Source of the DNA: a virus
Taxonomy: Duplodnaviria; Caudoviricetes
DNA: 45,728 nucleotides
Strand: one strand, 5' to 3'
Virus record (IMG/VR): IMGVR_UViG_3300037046_000294
Span: 1-45,728 of that record
Position numbers and translations under genes: made by a program
Part shown: piece after piece, positions 18,939 to 25,716 of the stretch
Numbering within the stretch: the first letter of the stretch is position 1
How the letters are laid out: each line of letters starts with the position of its first letter
Notes under the pieces: generated by a model
The model's database searches: none
What the model saw: the letters and a program-made list of their open reading frames with translations, nothing else
What the model was told of the DNA's origin: nothing

Positions 18939-19217
18939 ATGAAAACTTACAAGAAAAATTACATCGGAAAAGGAACTCAGGTACCTAACATGACAATCGC
19001 AAAATGTACTGTGAAAGTGTCGGAAATGATGAAATTCATCCACAAATACGAAGGTGAAGAGTACATCACGTTTGAAGTTGCAAAAATGAAACAGCCCGAC
19101 AAATTTAACAGGAGTTATACGCTTTACTGCACAACAATCGAGGAAGTTGAAGAAGAAAAACCGGCTCCAAAGAAACGCAAATCAAAGAAAGCTGAAAACG
19201 CTGACATTCCATTCTGA
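18939..19217 (+). CDS. Small putative single-stranded DNA-binding protein
   Basis: Beta-rich core and SSB-type C-terminal tail ...NADIPF. Confidence 0.6.
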   Translation: MKTYKKNYIGKGTQVPNMTIAKCTVKVSEMMKFIHKYEGEEYITFEVAKMKQPDKFNRSYTLYCTTIEEVEEEKPAPKKRKSKKAENADIPF

Positions 19218-19225
19218 AGAAATTT

Positions 19226-19256
19226 TCCCTGCTTCGGCAGGGATTTTTTTTGGTCG
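19226..19256 (+). terminator. Terminator plus GGTCG module-end motif
   Basis: TCCCTGC-TTCG-GCAGGGA, T8, GGTCG. Confidence 0.85.
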
Positions 19257-19260
19257 TACA

Positions 19261-19481
19261 TCTCAGAAAGACTATCCACTCCACTTAAATACCGGCAAAG
19301 GTATTAATCGCCGCCCGGAACAGTCAAGGGTATATAAACACCCTTCCTGTTTCCAGTGGTCATCCTGAGCGTAGTCGAAGGGCGCCCTTGCCCTAATCCG
19401 CCCGGCTCAATGGTGGTACGCCAATATTTAACCGGCGTGCCTGATGCCATAAAAAGTCTGTGTAGGCAGCAGCAAAACATT
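19261..19481. promoter_or_regulatory. Fold-back leader type A, copy 1 (candidate ssDNA promoter)
   Basis: Repeat of 20321-20522 and 22997-23160; minus-strand TTG-N21-TACCTTTG at 19327..19296. Confidence 0.75.
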
Positions 19482-19673
19482 ATGTCTGATTCAAAATATG
19501 GAAGATTTCGCTGCATCCATTGCGGCAGTAGGTTTAACCTAAACAACGAAGAAAACGAAGCTTACGAAAACGGCTTCTTTATGATTGACCCCGATTGCTG
19601 TGATGATTGTTTTGATAACCTGGAACATGCTCCGGATTATCCTGAATTCTCTGATGCCGACCCTGGCCTTTAA
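19482..19673 (+). CDS. Small acidic zinc-finger protein (63 aa)
   Basis: Start placed after repeated leader; CIHC...CCDDC; strongly acidic C-terminal half. Confidence 0.75.
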   Translation: MSDSKYGRFRCIHCGSRFNLNNEENEAYENGFFMIDPDCCDDCFDNLEHAPDYPEFSDADPGL

Positions 19674-19684
19674 AACTCTGCAGT

Positions 19685-19867
19685 ATGGAAAAGATTATCA
19701 AAATACAGGAGTTTTATCGCCAAAGTGGTAAATACGACAAGCGGATGAACATTGTGCCAAAACTCACACTCAGCGGAAACTGGCTGTCCGATGCTGGTTT
19801 CAAACCTTCCAAAATGGTTAAGGTCGAATGCCGTAACAATCAACTCATTGTAACCTCAATCGAGTAA
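19685..19867 (+). CDS. symE: SymE-family (type I toxin-like, AbrB fold) protein
   Basis: VPKLTLSGNWLSDAGF...VKVECRNNQLIVT signature. Confidence 0.85.
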   Translation: MEKIIKIQEFYRQSGKYDKRMNIVPKLTLSGNWLSDAGFKPSKMVKVECRNNQLIVTSIE

Positions 19868-19873
19868 TAAAGA

Positions 19874-19906
19874 ATGCCCTGCTCCGGTAGGGTATTTTTT
19901 TGGTCG
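19874..19906 (+). terminator. Terminator plus GGTCG module-end motif
   Basis: ATGCCCTGC/GTAGGGTAT stem, T-run, GGTCG. Confidence 0.85.
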
Positions 19907-19970
19907 TTAAACTTCACACCCCAAAACACGTTTTTCCCTGCCATTTTCTCCAGTGCTTTCACCCTGTTTA

Positions 19971-20112
19971 TTTTAAATGTGTGTGCGAAGAAACAGCCTC
20001 AATTCATAATGCACGCTGCCATTCAAGGATTTTCCCGGCATAAAAATTTATTCCAGTTCCTCCTTGCATGTTCTGACTTTCTGCTGTGATGGCAATGCAC
20101 ATCATTTTAAAA
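19971..20112. promoter_or_regulatory. Fold-back leader type B, copy 2
   Basis: GCCATnCAAGGATTTTCCCGG and TTCCAGTTCCTCCTTGC shared with copy 1; outer pairs TTTTAAA/TTTAAAA and TGTGC/GCACA. Confidence 0.6.
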
Positions 20113-20122
20113 TTAAAACATT

Positions 20123-20284
20123 ATGAAATCAAAATCTTACAAAAACAGCAGTGAAGAAAAAAACAACCTTTGGGATGCATTCGTCGATTATCTTGAAAAC
20201 ACCTACTTCCCGGGAGCCAGTGAATTACTCGATACAAAAACAATCGCTTTCGAGTATGAGTCTTTCAAAAAGTGTTATGCATAG
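20123..20284 (+). CDS. Small hypothetical protein (53 aa), missed by ORF track
   Basis: MKSKSYKNSSEEKNNLWDAFVDYLENTYFPGASELLDTKTIAFEYESFKKCYA between leader and terminator. Confidence 0.75.
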   Translation: MKSKSYKNSSEEKNNLWDAFVDYLENTYFPGASELLDTKTIAFEYESFKKCYA

Positions 20285-20308
20285 GGCTTCGGCCCTTTTT
20301 TTTGGTCG
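20283..20308 (+). terminator. Terminator plus GGTCG module-end motif
   Basis: AGGGC-TTCG-GCCCT, T-run, GGTCG. Confidence 0.85.
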
Positions 20309-20320
20309 GTTTTCCCCAGA

Positions 20321-20522
20321 TCTCAGAAAGATCCTCACTCCACTTAATCACGGCAAATTTATTAATCGCCATCCGGAACAGGCAAGGGTAATACAAGCTC
20401 CCTTGCCTGTTTTCTTTTGTGGATCCGCCCTTGCCCTAATCCGCATGGCTCAATGTGGTATGCCGAAATTAACCGGCGTGCCTGATGCCATAATAAGTCT
20501 GTGTAGGCAGCAGCAAAATAAT
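20321..20522. promoter_or_regulatory. Fold-back leader type A, copy 2 (candidate ssDNA promoter)
   Basis: Minus-strand TTG-N21-TAAATTTG at 20385..20354; inner 11-bp stem ACAGGCAAGGG/CCCTTGCCTGT. Confidence 0.75.
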
Positions 20523-21434
20523 ATGGATAAATTCGATATCTACGAAATGGTTACTAAACTCATTACCGACCGCCTCGAAGCTGGTGTGGTACCGTGGCAC
20601 ATGCCATGGAAAACGGCAGGAGCAATGCCACGTAACCTGGTGTCAAAGAAAACTTACCGCGGTTTCAACTTCTGGTACCTGCTCAGCATGGGTTTCGAGA
20701 GGCCGTTTTTCCTCACTTTTAACCAGGTGCAGGAACTGGGCGCTACGGTCCGGAAAGGGTCAAAAGCGTTCCAGGTGGTTTTCTGGAAAATGGTCGAATC
20801 CCGCGAAGACCCCACAAAGAAGGTTCCTTACCTGCGTTACTATCGTGTTTTTCATGTTGACGATGTGGAAGGAATCGACCCAAAGAAAATCCCATCGAAC
20901 AACCAACACGATCAGGATTTCGACCCCATTGGAACCTGCGATCGGCTGGTGGAAGAATGGAAGGATTCACCCTACATTTCGCACAATGCCGAGTATGCCT
21001 GCTATGTGCCATCTCTCGACACGGTGAAAATCCCAAATCCACGGAGGTTTTTCAAGGCCGAACAGTACTACTCCACGCTGTATCACGAGCTGGTTCACGC
21101 AACAGGCCATGCACGCAGATTAAACCGGCACAGCAAATTCCCAAACCATCACTTTGGCAGCAACGACTATTCGCAAGAGGAGCTGGTTGCCGAAATGGGA
21201 GCTGCTTACCTCTGTGGTATTTCCGGAATCGAAAACGAAACCATCGACAACTCAGCCGCCTACATACAAAGCTGGCTGCAGAAACTCAAAAACGACAAAA
21301 AGTTTGTACTCCAGGCTGCCAGTTATGCCCAGTTGGCTACCGACTTTATCCTGGGAATTACCCCGCACGAAACTTCCGAAACGGTTGTGCAGACGGAGGA
21401 AAACCCACCTGTTGTTGAATCCTTTGAATTCTGA
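20523..21434 (+). CDS. ardC: ArdC-family antirestriction protein (ssDNA-binding domain plus zincin-like domain), 303 aa
   Basis: LEAGVVPWHMPW, YRGFN, FLTFNQ, VRKGSK, YYSTLYHELVHATGH and YSQEELVAEMGAA motifs; start corrected from 20151. Confidence 0.92.
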   Translation: MDKFDIYEMVTKLITDRLEAGVVPWHMPWKTAGAMPRNLVSKKTYRGFNFWYLLSMGFERPFFLTFNQVQELGATVRKGSKAFQVVFWKMVESREDPTKKVPYLRYYRVFHVDDVEGIDPKKIPSNNQHDQDFDPIGTCDRLVEEWKDSPYISHNAEYACYVPSLDTVKIPNPRRFFKAEQYYSTLYHELVHATGHARRLNRHSKFPNHHFGSNDYSQEELVAEMGAAYLCGISGIENETIDNSAAYIQSWLQKLKNDKKFVLQAASYAQLATDFILGITPHETSETVVQTEENPPVVESFEF

Positions 21435-21437
21435 GCT

Positions 21438-22163
21438 ATGAAAACACAACCACAGAAATTCGAAAAACTGATGGAAAAGCTGACGCGCCGATACGGTGTG
21501 TCAGCCGTTTTTTCCGATTTCCTAACTTTGCTTATATGTGCTTTCTCACACGGCCAGCGCGAAGAGGAATACCTGAACATTATCCGCCGTTACGAAAAGC
21601 CCGAAGCTTATACATTTTCTGAAGCCCTGGGAGCCCTCACCATCGAAATGACCGGCGACGGAACCGGAATGGTTGACGTACTGGGAACCTACTTCGAAGA
21701 ACACATTTCGCACGGCCACAACGGACAGTTCTTCACACCGCAACACCTATGCGACATGATGGCCCGCCTGATGAACCCCGTCAACCCGCTCGAACGCATT
21801 GCCGACCCTGCCTGTGGAAGCGGGCGAATGTTAATGGCAATGGCAAAGCTCAACAGGTATGCCCGGTTCTATGGTGCCGATAACGATGTAAACTGTGCGA
21901 AAATGACAGTGGTAAACATGACACTAAACTGCATGTACGGCGAAGTAGCCTGGATGAACACCCTCACCAACCAGTATTACTCAGGCTGGGTAATCGAACC
22001 AACCATCCACGGTGTACCACGCGTAAGCCAGATATCCGAAAAACAAAGCTACATCCACATGAAACTCCCGGAAAACAAAACAGATATTCCGAAAAACGAA
22101 ATACCAGTACTGGAAAACAAAACCAGGGAAATGCCTGCAAAGCAACTGTTATTTGAATTTTGA
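21438..22163 (+). CDS. Truncated N6-adenine methyltransferase (HsdM)-like protein
   Basis: GQFFTP and DPACGSGRML present; no NPP(Y/F) catalytic motif. Confidence 0.85.
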   Translation: MKTQPQKFEKLMEKLTRRYGVSAVFSDFLTLLICAFSHGQREEEYLNIIRRYEKPEAYTFSEALGALTIEMTGDGTGMVDVLGTYFEEHISHGHNGQFFTPQHLCDMMARLMNPVNPLERIADPACGSGRMLMAMAKLNRYARFYGADNDVNCAKMTVVNMTLNCMYGEVAWMNTLTNQYYSGWVIEPTIHGVPRVSQISEKQSYIHMKLPENKTDIPKNEIPVLENKTREMPAKQLLFEF

Positions 22164-22165
22164 AG

Positions 22166-22193
22166 AAAAAGGGCTTTTGCCCTTTTTTTGTCG
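22166..22193 (+). terminator. Terminator plus GTCG module-end motif
   Basis: AAAAAGGGC-TTTT-GCCCTTTTTTT then GTCG. Confidence 0.85.
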
Positions 22194-22254
22194 TTACTTT
22201 ACATAGCTTTATGCTGAATTATTTTTTTTAAAGAATTGTTTAATAAAAAGACAA

Positions 22255-22998
22255 ATGAAAAAGTGGACCATAATCGTAACTTTCGTTGTACTGATTTTCT
22301 CAGCGACATCGCAAAATATTAAAAATTTACCTGTTGACTGCTTAGATGGTATATTCTACACAAGAATTAAAACAGATTCATTAAGTAATGGTTATTCAAT
22401 TGGAACTTCGTTTCTTTTTTTCTATAATAAAAGAAATTATTTAGCAACAGCAAAACACGTAATTCTTACTAGTCAAAATAAAAACGATTCATTATATCTA
22501 GAAATTTTTCAAAGTGAAAAATGGAAAACGCTGAAACTTAAACCACTATATCACAAAAATGATTCAGTGGATGCAGTATTATTTATTCTGCCCGACACTA
22601 TACAACTAACAAATCACCATTTAAATCTACATTTTGAAGGATTTGGAAATGATGCCTATATATTAGGATTCCCTAATTTTATGATGATGGATGCGAGAAG
22701 TGTATATTCTGATGGTAGTACTTATCAATTACCTTTAATTAAAAAGGGTATTATTTCCGGAATTATTAAATTGGGTACTTTGAATTATACCTTACTTGAC
22801 ATCATAGGAAATAAAGGATTTTCCGGAGGACCAGCTTACTCTTACGATATCTATGGAAAAGAATGGGCAATTTTAGGACTAGTATCTATGCGATTGCCTA
22901 ATATACTAATTAAACAGGATTCTCAATATCCTGAAACAGGATTCATTGTTCTGACACAAGCTGCATATTTAAAAGAAATAATAATTTTAAATAATTAG
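22255..22998 (+). CDS. Secreted trypsin-like serine protease (AT-rich moron)
   Basis: Signal peptide; GTSF, TAKHV (His), DAVLF (Asp), GFSGGP (Ser). Confidence 0.85.
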   Translation: MKKWTIIVTFVVLIFSATSQNIKNLPVDCLDGIFYTRIKTDSLSNGYSIGTSFLFFYNKRNYLATAKHVILTSQNKNDSLYLEIFQSEKWKTLKLKPLYHKNDSVDAVLFILPDTIQLTNHHLNLHFEGFGNDAYILGFPNFMMMDARSVYSDGSTYQLPLIKKGIISGIIKLGTLNYTLLDIIGNKGFSGGPAYSYDIYGKEWAILGLVSMRLPNILIKQDSQYPETGFIVLTQAAYLKEIIILNN

Positions 22999-23221
22999 AA
23001 ATACCCCACTCCAGTTAAATAAAGGCAAAGATATTTGCGCCGTCCGGAACAGGCAAGGGTAATACAAGCGCCCTTGCCTGTTTTCGTTGGTGGGCGCGCC
23101 CTTGCCCTAATCCGCCCGGCTCAATGGTGTTATGGCCATTATTTAACCGGTGTGCCAGGCCAGTCCGAATGTGAAACGGGCGGATACCAAAATTAGTCTC
23201 CAGGGCAGGGGCAAAAATACT
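22997..23221. promoter_or_regulatory. Fold-back leader type A, copy 3 (candidate ssDNA promoter)
   Basis: Minus-strand TTG-N20-TATCTTTG at 23056..23026; outer pair TTAAATA/TATTTAA; inner 12-bp stem. Confidence 0.75.
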
Positions 23222-23581
23222 ATGACACAGTCAGCAGTTAAAACAAACGGACAGCCAACCGAACAAAAGGCTAAGATGGAAGTGGTTAAAGAAACCAAAG
23301 TTGAAAACGCAATCCTGAGTCTGGAGAAACGGATCCAGAAAGTGGAGGAACTGAACATTGTGATCGACAAGTGGCGGAAACTGAACGAAGCCCGCAAGAA
23401 CCTGAACGGGTTTAAGCTGGGAGCCGACGGTCTCAGTTCAACAGTTGTAATCAAAGATGTATCTGGGCAGGAGTTCAAAACCTCGCACAACATCGTAGTT
23501 GAAACTGTTCTGACAACCGTAAAGGAAGTGCTCGATGCAAAGATTCAGGAAGTTGAAGACCAAATCAACTTTATTGTTTAA
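23222..23581 (+). CDS. Hypothetical coiled-coil protein (119 aa)
   Basis: Start placed after repeated leader; followed by terminator. Confidence 0.78.
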   Translation: MTQSAVKTNGQPTEQKAKMEVVKETKVENAILSLEKRIQKVEELNIVIDKWRKLNEARKNLNGFKLGADGLSSTVVIKDVSGQEFKTSHNIVVETVLTTVKEVLDAKIQEVEDQINFIV

Positions 23582-23588
23582 AGAAAAT

Positions 23589-23622
23589 GGATCAGTCGGC
23601 AGGCTGATCCTTTTTTTGGTCG
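23589..23622 (+). terminator. Terminator plus GGTCG module-end motif
   Basis: GGATCAGTC/GGCTGATCC stem, T7, GGTCG. Confidence 0.85.
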
Positions 23623-23758
23623 TTTCCACTTCTTCAAATTTCCCCTCCTTTTCTTCTTTAAAAAGGAGGGGAGTGTGTTGGCTTGTGCAATGGATAGGGG
23701 TGGTTTATTTCATTCACGCATTATAGCTTTGTAGCATTGTTTTTTGTACCTTTCACCC

Positions 23759-23884
23759 ATGAGCTACAAAACCTTCCATCATAATTATAAATACGGTTGG
23801 ATAATTGCTTTGGTAATTATCATAATTAGTTTAATTTTATGGCTTGTTGAAACCATATTCAACGTAACTATTTTTAAACCTTAA
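23759..23884 (+). CDS. Small membrane peptide (41 aa), missed by ORF track
   Basis: MSYKTFHHNYKYGWIIALVIIIISLILWLVETIFNVTIFKP; preceded by -7-like TACCTTTC. Confidence 0.55.
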   Translation: MSYKTFHHNYKYGWIIALVIIIISLILWLVETIFNVTIFKP

Positions 23885-23896
23885 AATCAAACTATT

Positions 23897-24502
23897 ATGA
23901 AAAAATTTATTTTAGTAATCCTTGTCTTTATTCCATTAATTCATTTTGGCCAGGTCAAAATTGTACTCAACGATGGAACAATTATAAACACGAAAATCGA
24001 CGGATTCTATGGCGAGGATTTAGTTTTCACTAAAAAACTTCCGGATACCAACATCGACAGAGTTAACATTATGGATGTCGACTCAATTTCAGGAAGTATG
24101 CCAAATTCGCGGGTTAAAAGCATTTTAAAGAAAAACCCGGCAGTACATTTCTCAAGTAATCAGAATTTTACCGATGCAGTTTATTATGCTCCTTCTGCCA
24201 TTGCTTCCGGTGCAGCGAACAATACAAGTATAAATGGCCAATACACTGCCGGCGATTATATTCAGCGCGCCGGTACCCGTTATGTCACTGGCCTTGCCCT
24301 TGGTCTTGGCGGGGCCGTTGTTATGGCTGTTGGTGCTGATTCTCAGGAAGCAATTGTTGCCGGTAGTTTAATATCGCTAACAGGTGCAATTATTTCAATT
24401 ACTGGTCATTTTCAGTTAATAAAAGCTGGTAAAAAAATGAATTCCGATGCAGTTACACTTAGCCCGGCAACTCATGGTATTGGCATGGCAATTAATTTTT
24501 AA
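23897..24502 (+). CDS. Exported/membrane moron protein
   Basis: Signal peptide; two Gly-rich hydrophobic helices; ends GIGMAINF. Confidence 0.8.
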   Translation: MKKFILVILVFIPLIHFGQVKIVLNDGTIINTKIDGFYGEDLVFTKKLPDTNIDRVNIMDVDSISGSMPNSRVKSILKKNPAVHFSSNQNFTDAVYYAPSAIASGAANNTSINGQYTAGDYIQRAGTRYVTGLALGLGGAVVMAVGADSQEAIVAGSLISLTGAIISITGHFQLIKAGKKMNSDAVTLSPATHGIGMAINF

Positions 24503-24521
24503 ACCTTAAAAACCAAAAATT

Positions 24522-24830
24522 ATGAAAAGAAATCAAATCCTTGGCAAACTTATTTTTGATTATCGAAAATTTTTCACAAATCAGGAAGTTGATGATTACA
24601 AAAAACAATTTTCTGATTTTATCAAAGCGAATGAAAGCTTGAATGATGAAGCATTTTATGAAAAATTTAAAAGCGAATTTTCATTAGTGCCAATGTTTAA
24701 CAGCTCACTTGACAGGCATTATCTTTCAAAAATTGAATCTGCTGTTAATACCATTAAAATTATTGCAATTATTTATCTGGTGGCTTCAATCATAGGCGCA
24801 ATTATTATTGCTTCTCAACTTACGCCATAA
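24522..24830 (+). CDS. Small membrane protein with C-terminal TM helix
   Basis: IKIIAIIYLVASIIGAIII. Confidence 0.75.
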   Translation: MKRNQILGKLIFDYRKFFTNQEVDDYKKQFSDFIKANESLNDEAFYEKFKSEFSLVPMFNSSLDRHYLSKIESAVNTIKIIAIIYLVASIIGAIIIASQLTP

Positions 24831-24853
24831 TTAGAAAATGTAATTTATTCATC

Positions 24854-24881
24854 AAGCCAGTTTTTAAAAGCTGGCTTTTTT
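24854..24881 (+). terminator. Rho-independent terminator
   Basis: AAGCCAGTTTT/AAAAGCTGGCTT plus T-run. Confidence 0.8.
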
Positions 24882-24893
24882 AATTTTACCCTA

Positions 24894-25082
24894 TTGCACA
24901 TCTCAATCACATTCTCTACCTTTGTAATGCTTACACAATTACAATAGGTTTAGAAATTCGCTTTCTAAGAGTTTTTTTAAACAACATACTGAGTCGTCGG
25001 GATCATTCATTTTCGGGTTTCGTACCTGTTCGTGATTGTGTAAGCACCTGGCGGCTCTTTATTTTTTAATGCTTACACAATC
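24894..25082 (+). promoter_or_regulatory. Consensus sigma-A promoter and structured leader with alternative pairing
   Basis: TTG-N20-TACCTTTG; TAATGCTTACACAAT twice (24925, 25067) and its complement ATTGTGTAAGCA once (25035). Confidence 0.75.
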
Positions 25083-25307
25083 ATGAGTAAAAAAACAAAG
25101 GTAATTTACCAAATCGAGTCAGAAACGCTTGAGCAAACCGTTCGCGTTATTTTCGAAGTATTGGGCAACACAGGCATGGAACCCGATAGTATTGTCCTGC
25201 ACGATGGCCGTGTTCTTCCCTGGAACAATTATGCCGCTCACCAGTTTGTCGGCGAAGGCCGCATTACCGAATCAGAATTCATCGAAATGTCACTCTCAGG
25301 CAATTAA
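25083..25307 (+). CDS. Hypothetical protein (74 aa) under structured-leader control
   Basis: ATG abuts second leader repeat. Confidence 0.7.
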   Translation: MSKKTKVIYQIESETLEQTVRVIFEVLGNTGMEPDSIVLHDGRVLPWNNYAAHQFVGEGRITESEFIEMSLSGN

Positions 25308-25404
25308 AAATTAGAAATTAAAAATTAAAGCGTCGCAACCCGGCGCTTTTTCTTTTTCCCACCATTCACGCATTCACGCATTCAAGCATTCAGCATTGCA
25401 AAGT

Positions 25405-25439
25405 GTCCTTTCATCACCCCGCCCCGCTTCCTACCTTTC
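25405..25439 (+). promoter_or_regulatory. Phage late-promoter motif, copy 3
   Basis: GTCCTTT-N20-TACCTTTC, 4 nt before ATG 25444. Confidence 0.78.
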
Positions 25440-25443
25440 CACC

Positions 25444-25716
25444 ATGAACGTATATGATGCCATCGATTCCATGCGCCAAATCAGTAACCGCGGCGGAAGT
25501 TTCTCGTTTTCGTTTATGAGCTATTCAGAAACCGCAGGATCCACCGATGGCGTTACCGACGTTGCATCAGCCCGCCTCAGGGCCCGGCCATCAAAAGAGC
25601 AAAACCGCAATTTCGAAATAATGGAAGCATATACCAACCTCGATACAGGCGAAGCCCGCCAGTTTTACCAGCCATTGCTAATGATTTTTAACGGACAAAA
25701 AATTGAGTTGACATGA
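25444..25716 (+). CDS. Small pre-portal protein (90 aa)
   Basis: Start corrected to ATG after promoter; ATGA coupled to portal. Confidence 0.75.
   Translation: MNVYDAIDSMRQISNRGGSFSFSFMSYSETAGSTDGVTDVASARLRARPSKEQNRNFEIMEAYTNLDTGEARQFYQPLLMIFNGQKIELT

Noticed and set aside
20151-20522. N-terminal extension of ArdC (427-aa ORF call)
   Set aside because: It runs through another small gene, a terminator and the repeated leader; ArdC motifs begin at ATG 20523. The same applies to the extensions at 19356, 23150, 25396 and 26975
18754-23622. Classical integron cassette array
   Set aside because: Leaders lie upstream of genes, lack attC R-box consensus and contain promoter boxes; the integrase shows no evident IntI-specific features
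18053-25400. Self-transmissible ICE inserted in the phage
   Set aside because: No relaxase, coupling protein, T4SS or flanking direct repeats seen; mobilisation in trans cannot be excluded
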